From an uncultured Bacteroidales bacterium (GTDB lineage Bacteria; Bacteroidota; Bacteroidia; Bacteroidales; Tenuifilaceae), in NCBI GenBank assembly GCA_937926785.1, contig CALBBQ010000013.1:3209-67208 (forward strand): 64,000 bases of DNA. Reading direction: 5' to 3'. A program made the position numbers and the translations under genes. Positions 27,705 through 36,923 of the stretch are shown here, piece after piece. How positions within the stretch are numbered: position 1 is the stretch's first letter; each line of letters opens with the position of its first letter. The notes under the pieces are model-generated. The model saw nothing but the letters and a program-made list of their open reading frames with translations, had not been told where the DNA came from and searched no databases.

Positions 27705-28502
27705 ATGATATCTTTTAAAAATCGCCTGGTTTGGATTACCGGTGCTTCTTCGGGGATTGGACGTGAGTTAGCCCTACAATTGGCCATGGAAGGTGCTCAC
27801 CTGATACTTTCATCGAACGATCCTGAAGAACTTGGCAAAGTGGCCGATGAATGCCGTGAATTCACTTCATTCTGTCAGGAGTACCCTTTTGACCTCTCGA
27901 ACCCTGAAGAGGTTTTCAACACTGCCGAAACGGTGGTTAACACCTACGAAAATATTTACCTGCTAATCAACAATGGAGGTATTAGCCAGCGTTCGCTTGT
28001 TAAGGATACACCCATTGAGATAGACAGAAGAATTATGGAGATTGATTACTTCTCCTATGTAATTTTAACCAAAGCAGTATTGCCCGGTATGATTGAGGCC
28101 GGCGAGGGCTTTATTGCTGCTACCAGTAGCATATCGGGGAAGTTTGGATTTCCGTTACGCTCTGCCTACGCAGCAGCCAAACACGCCATACAGGGGTTTT
28201 TCGAGACCCTGAGAGCCGAAATGAAACCTCACAACATTTCGGTTACAATCGCCTATCCAGGGCGAATTCAAACAAACATTTCATTGCATGCCATAAATGA
28301 GTCCGGAAGGGAGCATGGCAAAATGGATCCCGGACAAATGAATGGTTTAAGCGCAAAGGAATGCGCACGTCGCTACATACGAGCCATTAAAAGACGAAAA
28401 CCAGAAGTACTTATTGGCAAGAGTGAGATTTTGATGGTACATATCAAACGACTTTTCCCCAGTATCTTTTTCCGTATTGTAACTAAAGTAAAACCCACAT
28501 AA
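27705..28502 (+). CDS. Short-chain dehydrogenase/reductase (DHRS7-like)
   Basis: TGASSGIG, LINNGG, catalytic YAAAK, YPGRIQT. Confidence 0.9.
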   Translation: MISFKNRLVWITGASSGIGRELALQLAMEGAHLILSSNDPEELGKVADECREFTSFCQEYPFDLSNPEEVFNTAETVVNTYENIYLLINNGGISQRSLVKDTPIEIDRRIMEIDYFSYVILTKAVLPGMIEAGEGFIAATSSISGKFGFPLRSAYAAAKHAIQGFFETLRAEMKPHNISVTIAYPGRIQTNISLHAINESGREHGKMDPGQMNGLSAKECARRYIRAIKRRKPEVLIGKSEILMVHIKRLFPSIFFRIVTKVKPT

Positions 28503-28508
28503 AGCGCT

Positions 28509-29585
28509 ATGGCAAAAATTATATACGGCATTCAACAGGTTGGAGTAGGCGTTTCGAACCTGACAGAAGCATGGAAATGGTACAAGGAGCACCTGGGATT
28601 TGATATTAGAATTTTTGAAGACAACACAGTTGCAGAACTTATGCTTCCTTACACCGGAGGTCAACCCCAACAGCGTCATGCTGCACTGGCACTGAACATG
28701 CAAGGCGGAGGTGGACTTGAAATATGGCAGTACAAAGCACGCACACCTCTGATGCCCGACTTTCAGGTTCAACTAGGCGATTATGGAATTTTTGCAGCAA
28801 AAATCAAGTGCTCCGATGTAAAAAAAGCCTATGGGTATTTCGAGAAAAAGGGAATCCCGATAAGCAGCCTCGTTCAGGATCCCATGGGTAGGTACCATTT
28901 CTTTATTAAAGACCCCTTTGGAAACTTTTTCGAAGTGTACGAGCATAGCTACATTTTCAAAAATGAAAACAAGACCGTATCCGGGGTTGGCGGTGCCATA
29001 ATTGGAGTAAGCAACATTGACGATTCCCTGAGAGTTTATCAGAAAATACTGGGATACGATAAAGTTCTTTACGACACAACTGATACTTTTAACGACCTGA
29101 GTGAAGTTCCTGGTGGTAAGGGACGATTCCGTAGGGTTCTGCTTACCCACTCGCAAGAACGCAAGGGCAGCTTTAGCAACTTTTTTGGACAATCGGAAAT
29201 TGAACTGTTACAGTCGCTGGACCGTGAACCGAAGAAGATTTTTAAAAACCGTTTCTGGGGCGATTTAGGGTTTATACACCTATGTTTTGACGTAAAAAAC
29301 ATGGCCGACTTGGAAAAGGATTGCAATGCCAATGGTTTTCCTTTCACCGTAAATTCTAACGTAAAGCACAACGAGCAGGGAAGCTTTGACATGGGCGAAG
29401 CTGCAGGCCACTTTTCATATATTGAGGATCCTGATGGAACGCTGATTGAGTTCGTAGAAACGCATCGCCTGCCATTGATTAAACCCCTGGGCATACAGCT
29501 CAACATGGATAAACGCGATCCGCATAAGCCGGTGCCAAATTGGATAATTAAGCTGTTGAGTCTAAAACGGGTTCGAAACCTGTAA
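28509..29585 (+). CDS. Two-domain VOC (glyoxalase-like) family protein
   Basis: QQVGVGVSNL, GGGLEIWQ, HFFIKDPFGNFFEV, FIHLCFDV, YIEDPDGTLIEFVE. Confidence 0.85.
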   Translation: MAKIIYGIQQVGVGVSNLTEAWKWYKEHLGFDIRIFEDNTVAELMLPYTGGQPQQRHAALALNMQGGGGLEIWQYKARTPLMPDFQVQLGDYGIFAAKIKCSDVKKAYGYFEKKGIPISSLVQDPMGRYHFFIKDPFGNFFEVYEHSYIFKNENKTVSGVGGAIIGVSNIDDSLRVYQKILGYDKVLYDTTDTFNDLSEVPGGKGRFRRVLLTHSQERKGSFSNFFGQSEIELLQSLDREPKKIFKNRFWGDLGFIHLCFDVKNMADLEKDCNANGFPFTVNSNVKHNEQGSFDMGEAAGHFSYIEDPDGTLIEFVETHRLPLIKPLGIQLNMDKRDPHKPVPNWIIKLLSLKRVRNL

Positions 29586-29593
29586 GAATAAAC

Positions 29594-29622
29594 AAAAAGG
29601 CCATCTTGGGATGGCCTTTTTT
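29594..29622. terminator. Bidirectional terminator
   Basis: AAAAAGGCCATC-TTGG-GATGGCCTTTTT between convergent genes. Confidence 0.85.
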
Positions 29623-29654
29623 CGTTCATTTTGAGAACGATAGGTAAAAAAGCA

Positions 29655-30209
29655 TCAAATAAGCTTGAAAACCTCTTGAAGAGGTTTACGTATCCGCTGT
29701 GCCACCTGACGTTGTAGCTGCTGCTCGCTTAACATCTCATTTTTACCGGGTTTTCCCAAGGCAATCACTGTTCCCATTGCAAATTCATCGGGAAAGTTGA
29801 GTTTTTGTTTTAGCAGAGCATGATCAAAACCTCCCATAACATGCGTAACGTAACCTAACGACTGGGCCTGTATCAAGAGGTTAGTTGTTGCTAAGCCTAA
29901 ATCGTGTATAGCGTAATAGTTCGGATTTCCAGACTGCCGGGAGATGTTTCTGGTAGCAGTTGCCACCAGCGCTCCGGCATTCCTTGCCCATTCCTGATTT
30001 GCTGGTGCCAGGGTATGTAATATAGTATCGAAACCCTTACCATTCCGGTTAGCTACAACAAAGAACCAGGGCTGATCGTTGTACGATGAAGGTGCAAGGG
30101 TCGCCGCCTCCACTATAGCATTGATATCTTCAACAGGTATTGGTTCCGGGCTAAAAGCCATTGCGCTGCGACGTTCAATCATCAATTTTAAAATACGTTT
30201 ATCCATCAT
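29655..30209 (-). CDS. Nitroreductase family protein
   Basis: RRSAMAFS, LAPSSYNDQPWFF, HDLGLA, HVMGGFD, IALGKPG. Confidence 0.9.
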   Translation of the reverse strand: MMDKRILKLMIERRSAMAFSPEPIPVEDINAIVEAATLAPSSYNDQPWFFVVANRNGKGFDTILHTLAPANQEWARNAGALVATATRNISRQSGNPNYYAIHDLGLATTNLLIQAQSLGYVTHVMGGFDHALLKQKLNFPDEFAMGTVIALGKPGKNEMLSEQQLQRQVAQRIRKPLQEVFKLI

Positions 30210-30636
30210 GTTTAGTTTTTAATCCTTTTAGATAAACAAGACCTTGTGATTAATGTTCGATTCGATAAAGAATCTTAAAAGAAACCGATAGCAGTTTTCT
30301 GTTTAAACCCTTTTTCGTTAAGCTCAACTCTCAAACAAAGTGTTGTCCAGGAGCCATAATAAAACGCTAATCCATATTCAAATATAATAGAATAAAAATA
30401 TAAGATACACCTATAACCCTAAAAGCCCTCATTCATCAAAGTGTGCCTAATAGAACAGGCACTTAACTCAAAATATTTTTGGGCAAATCCGAATTTATGT
30501 TTCTTAACATATCAGCACCATAGCTCATATATTTTGAAAATTCAGTTACATTACTTAACCTTGCAAATCGATAAGATACTGATTAAAAGCAACATAATCA
30601 ACTAAATATCAATATATAACAATAAAATCAGCAGCC

Positions 30637-31857
30637 ATGAGCAAAATGACACCTCAACAGTACATGGAGCGCGAGAGTAAATATGGCGCTCATAACTATC
30701 ACCCCCTTCCTGTAGTTTTGGAAAGAGGCCAGGGTGTATTCCTTTGGGATGTAGAGGGAAAACGATACTATGATTTTCTCTCGGCATACTCTGCAGTAAA
30801 CCAGGGACATTGCCATCCAAAAATTATCAAAGCGATGTGTGAGCAGGCGCAAAAGCTTACGCTCACATCACGTGCCTTCTACAATAACGTATTAGGAGAG
30901 TTTGAGGAGTACGTAACAAAGTATTTTGGTTATGACAAGGTGCTCCCCATGAATACCGGAGCCGAAGCCGATGAAACGGCTCTTAAGCTCTGTCGCCGCT
31001 GGGCATATCGCGTAAAAGGCATACAGGATGGCGAAGCCAAGATAATTGTTTGCGAAAACAACTTCCACGGCCGAACCATCACCGTTATATCAATGTCAAC
31101 CGACCCCGATTCTTACGGTGGTTTTGGTCCTTATACGCCAGGATTTATTAAAATTCCTTACAACGATCTTGCAGCCCTGGAAAAGGCACTTCAGGAACCC
31201 AATGTAGCTGGTTTTCTGGTAGAGCCAATACAAGGCGAAGCTGGCGTATTTGTGCCCGATGAGGGTTACCTGAAAAAGGCCTACGACCTTTGCAAGAAGC
31301 ACAACGTGCTGTTTATTGCCGATGAGGTTCAAACCGGTATAGCCCGTACCGGTAAAATGCTAGCCTGCGACCACGAAGGTGTTCGTCCGGATATCCTGAT
31401 TCTTGGCAAGGCAATCTCAGGAGGTGCAATGCCTGTTTCCTGCGTGCTTGCCGACGATGAGATCATGCTAACCATTAAACCCGGTGAGCATGGTTCAACC
31501 TTCGGTGGTAACCCCTTGGCAGGCAAGGTTGCCATTGCTGCACTTGAAGTGGTAAAGGAGGAAAAACTTGCCGAGAACGCTGAGCGTTTAGGAAAAATCT
31601 TCCGCGATGAGATGAAGAGCATTAAAAGCAATATGATTGAGCTGGTTCGTGGAAAGGGTCTGCTCAACGCAGTGGTTATCCGCAATAAGCCCGGCAAGAC
31701 AGCATGGGATGTTTGCCTCGCCATGGCCGATAAGGGAGTGTTGGCTAAACCCACCCATGGTAACATCATCCGCTTTGCTCCCCCACTAGTGATTACCGAG
31801 GAGCAGCTTCGCGAAGCCATCGGCTTAATTAAGGAAGCATTTAATCAATTTGAGTAA
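30637..31857 (+). CDS. rocD: Ornithine--oxo-acid aminotransferase
   Basis: [50 protein letters not shown] lysine in [17 protein letters not shown]. Confidence 0.95.
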   Translation: MSKMTPQQYMERESKYGAHNYHPLPVVLERGQGVFLWDVEGKRYYDFLSAYSAVNQGHCHPKIIKAMCEQAQKLTLTSRAFYNNVLGEFEEYVTKYFGYDKVLPMNTGAEADETALKLCRRWAYRVKGIQDGEAKIIVCENNFHGRTITVISMSTDPDSYGGFGPYTPGFIKIPYNDLAALEKALQEPNVAGFLVEPIQGEAGVFVPDEGYLKKAYDLCKKHNVLFIADEVQTGIARTGKMLACDHEGVRPDILILGKAISGGAMPVSCVLADDEIMLTIKPGEHGSTFGGNPLAGKVAIAALEVVKEEKLAENAERLGKIFRDEMKSIKSNMIELVRGKGLLNAVVIRNKPGKTAWDVCLAMADKGVLAKPTHGNIIRFAPPLVITEEQLREAIGLIKEAFNQFE

Positions 31858-31880
31858 AAATCGCTTAACTTAAAAAAGTT

Positions 31881-31911
31881 AAAAAGGTGTCGAAAAATCG
31901 ACACCTTTTTT
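31881..31911. terminator. Bidirectional terminator
   Basis: AAAAAGGTGTCGA-AAAA-TCGACACCTTTTT. Confidence 0.85.
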
Positions 31912-32122
31912 ATCGTAAGTAACTCGCGCCGCGCTCCTTAACTATTCTGATAAAATTATCGACACTCCTATCGTACCCACGTTCAGCATCGGCCGGAAAG
32001 TAGCATGCCGGGAGCTCCCCGTTCCGCCGATGGTATGCTAAACAGTCGCAGCAAACTCCATGCTTACTGCATGGATATGTGCAGTTGCAGAATTTTGAGT
32101 TTGATTCCTTTTTGCATTCCAT
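31910..32122 (-). CDS. Small Cys-rich protein (DUF6485-like), probable metal binder
   Basis: 70 aa with CNCTYPC..HG.CCDC..YH....LPAC pattern, ending at the shared terminator. Confidence 0.72.
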   Translation of the reverse strand: MECKKESNSKFCNCTYPCSKHGVCCDCLAYHRRNGELPACYFPADAERGYDRSVDNFIRIVKERGASYLR

Positions 32123-32263
32123 ACAAGATGAATTTTAAACCCTACCACAAAAGTAATACATCGGATAGTTATCGTAACTAAACTTTTACATTCACTTGTA
32201 ATCTAATAATTGATTTTGCATTTTTGCATCTCTCAAGCAGCTAAAACTCAAAAGCCTAATACC

Positions 32264-34315
32264 ATGAAAAAACTATTTACACTACTAACAATTGTGAGCG
32301 CAATGCTTATGACACAGTGCAAACAACCTGAAAAGCAGAACGAAGTTTCGCCCATAACCGAGCAAACCATCAAGAAAGTTACAGCTAACCTTATCAGTCA
32401 ACATGGCGATGCTCAAAAAGAAAGGATTGAAAAGGGGGTAGCACAGGTGGCCATGTTATGGCGCAACTGCGATGGCACCGAAGCCGATTTTGAACAGTTC
32501 TGCCAAACGCATTTTGTATCGGATGATGCTCAGCTCGAACAGCTATTCAATAAGCTATCGTACGGTTTCGAAATGCTGAATGGCTACTTCATTCTGCTGA
32601 GCAAGGAGCTGATGAAACCCCTGCATCTGGATTGGGGGCCCGTTACCCCCATAGACGAGCTCTTTGGCTCATACAATGCTGCCGCCCACCTGAACGACGA
32701 CCTCTACGCCAACAAGATAGCCTTTATTACCGCGTTAAACTTTCCATACTACACACTGAAGGAAAAAACCGAGATGGGTGAAAACTGGAACCGAAAGCAA
32801 TGGGCATATGCCCGCATGGGCGATATGTTTACCAGTAGGGTTCCGGCCAACCTCATTCAGAACTTCTCGACCGTAAACACTAATGCCGACACCTACATCA
32901 GCGAGTACAACATTTACATGGGTAGCCTGATTAACGATAAAGGCGAAACCATGTTTCCTGCCGATATGAAGCTAATTTCACACTGGGGGCTACGCGATGA
33001 ACTAAAAGCTCAGTATGCCAATAAGGAAAGTGGGCTTGAGCATCAACAGATGATATACCAGGTGATGAAACGCATCATTGACCAAAGCATTCCCAAAGAT
33101 GTAATTAACAGCAATGAATACAAGTGGAACCCCTTCACCAACACTCTTTCCAAAGATGGTAGTGAGGTTAGCGTAGCTCCAGAGCCTAACACAAGGTACC
33201 AGCATGTAATTAACCAGTTTAAGGCCCTGCGGGCCATAGATGCCTATACTCCCAAAATGCCCACCTACATACAACGTAAGTTTGAGGGTGAGTTCGAACT
33301 ATCCGTTGATGATGTTGAGCAGCTGTTCATTGAGCTGGTTTCATCAAAGGAAGTTCGTGAAACAGCAAAGCTGATTAGCAAGCGACTTGGCCGCAACCTA
33401 CAACCCTTTGACATTTGGTACGACGGGTTCAAAGCACGAAGCGGAATCCCCGCTGAGAAGCTCGATGCCCTAACCACCAAGCGTTTTACTAATGCTCAGG
33501 CATTTGAGAACGAGCTGCCCAATATCCTCACCTCTTTAGGCTGGAGCAGGGACAAGGCAAAATTCATTGCCGAGCGGGTTAAAGTTGAAGCCTCGCGTGG
33601 TGCTGGTCATGCATGGGGTGCCGAGATGCGCAAGGATGTAGCACTCCTTCGTACCCGTGTACCTGCCTCCGGCATGAACTACAAGGGTTTCAACATTGCC
33701 ATGCACGAGTTTGGTCACAACGTGGAGCAAACCATTACCCTGCATGATGTTGACTACTACATGATGCATGGCGTGCCCAATACTGCCTTTACTGAGGCGC
33801 TAGCCTTTGTTTTCCAGAAACGCGATTTGGATGTGCTGGGCATGAAAGAAGTTAACCCGAACAAAGAATACCTTGAAACACTCGATAACCTTTGGGCTTG
33901 CTATGAGATAATGGGAGTATCGTTGGTTGATATCAACCTTTGGAAATGGCTTTACAACAATCCCAACGCTACCGCCGAGCAAGTTCGCGATGCCACCCTA
34001 TCCATTGCCCGGGATATTTGGAACAAATACTACGCCGATGTTTTGGGCAGCACCGATGAACCCATACTAGCCATTTACTCCCACATGATAGATAATCCGC
34101 TTTACCTATCGGCCTACCCAATTGGGCATCTGATAGATTTTCAGCTGGAAAAACAGTTCCTTGGCCGCTCGTTTGCCAACGAGGTTGAGCGTATATACTC
34201 ACAGGGACGTTTAATTCCTCAGCTCTGGCTGAAAGGTGGTGTTGGTGAGCCCTTATCGGTGAAACCAATTCTTGAAGCATCAGCATTAGCTGTTCAGAAA
34301 CTATCCGCTAACTAG
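32264..34315 (+). CDS. Large lipoprotein with gluzincin (M3/M32-like) metallopeptidase motif
   Basis: ATG at 32264. Lipoprotein signal MKKLFTLL..LMTQC, then HEFGH, a downstream FTEALAF Glu, and HMIDNPLYLSAY. Confidence 0.75.
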   Translation: MKKLFTLLTIVSAMLMTQCKQPEKQNEVSPITEQTIKKVTANLISQHGDAQKERIEKGVAQVAMLWRNCDGTEADFEQFCQTHFVSDDAQLEQLFNKLSYGFEMLNGYFILLSKELMKPLHLDWGPVTPIDELFGSYNAAAHLNDDLYANKIAFITALNFPYYTLKEKTEMGENWNRKQWAYARMGDMFTSRVPANLIQNFSTVNTNADTYISEYNIYMGSLINDKGETMFPADMKLISHWGLRDELKAQYANKESGLEHQQMIYQVMKRIIDQSIPKDVINSNEYKWNPFTNTLSKDGSEVSVAPEPNTRYQHVINQFKALRAIDAYTPKMPTYIQRKFEGEFELSVDDVEQLFIELVSSKEVRETAKLISKRLGRNLQPFDIWYDGFKARSGIPAEKLDALTTKRFTNAQAFENELPNILTSLGWSRDKAKFIAERVKVEASRGAGHAWGAEMRKDVALLRTRVPASGMNYKGFNIAMHEFGHNVEQTITLHDVDYYMMHGVPNTAFTEALAFVFQKRDLDVLGMKEVNPNKEYLETLDNLWACYEIMGVSLVDINLWKWLYNNPNATAEQVRDATLSIARDIWNKYYADVLGSTDEPILAIYSHMIDNPLYLSAYPIGHLIDFQLEKQFLGRSFANEVERIYSQGRLIPQLWLKGGVGEPLSVKPILEASALAVQKLSAN

Positions 34316-34331
34316 AATACCTAATCAATAT

Positions 34332-34364
34332 AAAAGGCTGCTCAGGGTATGGGCAGCCTTTTTT
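34332..34364 (+). terminator. Rho-independent terminator
   Basis: AAAAGGCTGCTC-AGGGTAT-GGGCAGCCTTTTTT. Confidence 0.8.
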
Positions 34365-34456
34365 ATAACCCATAAGCAAACTGAACACTTTGAAACGCCA
34401 CATCTTTACTATACTTTTGTGTAATCAGGTTTTAACCTGCAAAACAAACCGAAGAT

Positions 34457-35143
34457 ATGCATTTCAGCTTTATTCTTGTTGAACCAGCAGTGCCTGAAAA
34501 TGTTGGAGCAGCTGCACGTGCTATAAAAACCATGGGGTTCAGTGACCTCAGACTGGTTAACCCCTGCGATTACCTATCGGTAAATGCCCGCAAGCTGGCT
34601 CACGCATCAACAGATATCCTTGAGAATGCAAATGTTTTCGGCTCGCTCCAAGAAGCTTTACATGACATTGACTTTGCCTTTGCCACCTCGGCGCGCGACA
34701 GGTGGGTAAAGCTTGACATAATCGATAGCCATCACCTGCCAAAGTTCATCAAAGAGAAAGGCGACACCATATCAAAAGTAGCCATTGTTTTTGGCCGTGA
34801 GGAATCAGGGCTTACTAATCATGAAATCAACCTCTGCCAAAGGGTTACTACCATACCGCTTAAAACAAGGTACCCATCGCTAAACCTGGCTCAATCGGTT
34901 ATGGTATATGCCTACATACTCTCAGACCTTGGACAGGAAGCGAACGCAACACCCAAAACTGACCCCGGACAATCATTTCAAGCACTGCTAAAGAAGATAG
35001 ATGCTATAATGAACACCATAGACCTTGGCCCCGACAAGCTGATTTATGGCCGGTTGATGGAACGACTGAGCGAACTGGGCGAGCAGGATATTAAGCTACT
35101 ACACTCAGTTACCGCTGCGGTGATAAATAAGTTAAATGGTTAG
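34457..35143 (+). CDS. SPOUT tRNA/rRNA methyltransferase, TrmJ/LasT family
   Basis: ILVEPAVPENVGAAARAIKTMG, IVFGREESGLTN, YPSLNLAQSV. Confidence 0.9.
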   Translation: MHFSFILVEPAVPENVGAAARAIKTMGFSDLRLVNPCDYLSVNARKLAHASTDILENANVFGSLQEALHDIDFAFATSARDRWVKLDIIDSHHLPKFIKEKGDTISKVAIVFGREESGLTNHEINLCQRVTTIPLKTRYPSLNLAQSVMVYAYILSDLGQEANATPKTDPGQSFQALLKKIDAIMNTIDLGPDKLIYGRLMERLSELGEQDIKLLHSVTAAVINKLNG

Positions 35144-35219
35144 ATGCTTAAAGCTGATCTAGTTCGTACAATTAGAAGTAACGCATCGCGATTTTCGAAA
35201 GGTTCAAGTAAATGAAAGT

Positions 35220-35333
35220 TTATCTTCTTACTTTATCCCTTCCATTAACAAAAACCCAAATCACCAGAGCAAGCAGGTACAGAAACGGGGTTGCCTTATC
35301 CACAAGCATTTCATCCATTTTAAGGTGAAACAT
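35220..35333 (-). CDS. Possible 37-aa membrane peptide or remnant of a decayed membrane-protein gene
   Basis: MFHLKMDEMLVDKATPFLYLLALVIWVFVNGRDKVRR-stop. Further hydrophobic, stop-interrupted frames lie upstream to ~35510. Confidence 0.25.
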   Translation of the reverse strand: MFHLKMDEMLVDKATPFLYLLALVIWVFVNGRDKVRR

Positions 35334-35486
35334 CCTGTTAATGTTAAGAAGTTATGCTATGTAGGAGTTTGCAATGGGGTAGTTCCCCACCTTACCTAAG
35401 ACCCTAAAATGCCAATCGGTAAAAGGGCAGTAGCCCCAACCAAAAAAATACCTACACCAAACCAGCTATAACCGGTAAGCAATAGC

Positions 35487-35514
35487 AAAACCAGGTTCCA
35501 TTTTCGGAACCTGG
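35487..35514 (-). terminator. Terminator downstream of pfk
   Basis: Minus strand CCAGGTTCC-GAAAAT-GGAACCTGG-TTTT. Confidence 0.7.
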
Positions 35515-35595
35515 CCCAAATTCAACAGAGGAGGTTAAAAGGTACAATAAATGAATGAAGTGCTATAAAACCATAGTCTATTAGATGGGACACAG

Positions 35596-36798
35596 CTACT
35601 CACTGGTCATGATGAAGAGTGGCTGCATCTCAAAGCTCTTGTAAAACGGGCGTAAACGCTCGGTATTATAGTACCGTTCCACGTTAACCACCTTCTTCTT
35701 GCTGGTCACCACATCTATAGGCATGTTATCGTATCTACCGTTCTTTAGAACCACCAGTCTGCCATGAACACCCTTTAGGATAAGGTCGAGAGCCAGATTA
35801 CCAAAAGCCATGGGAACTATGGAATCAATAGCATCGGGTTCACCCCCGCGAACCAGGTAACCCAGGTTCTGGTTTATGATGTTGATAGTTTTGCCGTTAT
35901 TGAATTTCGGGGTGAGTTCCTTTATTCTTTTAGAGACGATATCGCCAATTCCTCCCAACTTGGCGTGTCCAAAGGCATCGCGTTCCGAACTCTGAAACAC
36001 CATTTGCTCCAGGCCATCAAATGTTGCCCCTTCCGACACCAAAACCGTTGAATACTTACTGGGATTCCGGTTACGGTCTTCGACCAGCAGCTCCGTTAAC
36101 CGTTCGATGTTAAACTTAAACTCAGGAATTACGCATCGATTTGCCACCCCCGCCATGGTGGGTAACATGGCGGTAAAGCCGGCATAGCGGCCAAAAACCT
36201 CCATGACCAGGATTCGCTCATGCGAACCAGCCGAAGTGCGAAGCATATCGGTTAACGCAATGGTACGGGTAACACATGTACTGAAGCCAATACAATAGTC
36301 AGTTCCGGGAACATCATTATCCATGGTTTTTGGGATAGCTATCACCTTAAAACCCTCCTGGTATAAGCGAACGCCATAGCTTAGGGTATCGTCGCCACCA
36401 ATAGGAATAAGGTAATCAATGCCTAAAAAAGCCAGATTCTTGATTACTTCAGGTGTTAAATCGTTTATCTCCTTATTGTATTTCGATTTAAGGTGCTCAG
36501 GGACGCTTGCTTTGGCAACCTTTCCGGGATTGGTCCTTGATGTGTGCAGGAAAGTGCCTCCAGTTCGGAACGCCTTGTTGACCCGTTCCTCGGTAAGTAC
36601 TTCAAAACAGTTGCTATTATCGGCTTCCTTATCGCGAACAAGTTCGATAAGACCAGCCCATCCACGCCTAATGCCGATCACGCTGAACCCTTCACGTAAC
36701 GCCCTAATGGTAATTGCTCGAATGGCGGGGTTAAGCCCGGGCACATCACCCCCCCCGGTAAGTATTCCAATGATAGGACTCTTCTTTTGCTGTTCCAT
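35596..36798 (-). CDS. 6-phosphofructokinase (PfkA family) with PPi-type signature
   Basis: Likely ATG at 36798. TGGGDVPGLN, GGTFLHTSR, IGGDDTL, PKTMDND, MEVFGRYAGF, GYLVRGG. Confidence 0.9.
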   Translation of the reverse strand: MEQQKKSPIIGILTGGGDVPGLNPAIRAITIRALREGFSVIGIRRGWAGLIELVRDKEADNSNCFEVLTEERVNKAFRTGGTFLHTSRTNPGKVAKASVPEHLKSKYNKEINDLTPEVIKNLAFLGIDYLIPIGGDDTLSYGVRLYQEGFKVIAIPKTMDNDVPGTDYCIGFSTCVTRTIALTDMLRTSAGSHERILVMEVFGRYAGFTAMLPTMAGVANRCVIPEFKFNIERLTELLVEDRNRNPSKYSTVLVSEGATFDGLEQMVFQSSERDAFGHAKLGGIGDIVSKRIKELTPKFNNGKTINIINQNLGYLVRGGEPDAIDSIVPMAFGNLALDLILKGVHGRLVVLKNGRYDNMPIDVVTSKKKVVNVERYYNTERLRPFYKSFEMQPLFIMTSE

Positions 36799-36865
36799 AG
36801 CTGCAGGTTTTAAGGTTAAAATCAAATAAATTTAAGGGCTATAATAGTTCAAGTCAATAGTATGA

Positions 36866-36898
36866 TAAAAAAGAGCCACCCCATAGGGTAGCTCTTTG
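36866..36898 (-). terminator. Terminator of the SSS/CoA-transferase/oxidoreductase operon
   Basis: Minus strand AAAGAGCTACCC..GGGTGGCTCTTTTTT-type stem with T tract. Confidence 0.7.
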
Positions 36899-36923
36899 TA
36901 ATGAATACCAATAAATTTAGCGC

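Noticed and set aside
30210-30636. Riboswitch or ncRNA upstream of rocD
   Set aside because: AT-rich divergent promoter region with only a weak GTGCCT/AGGCAC hairpin and no recognisable riboswitch core.
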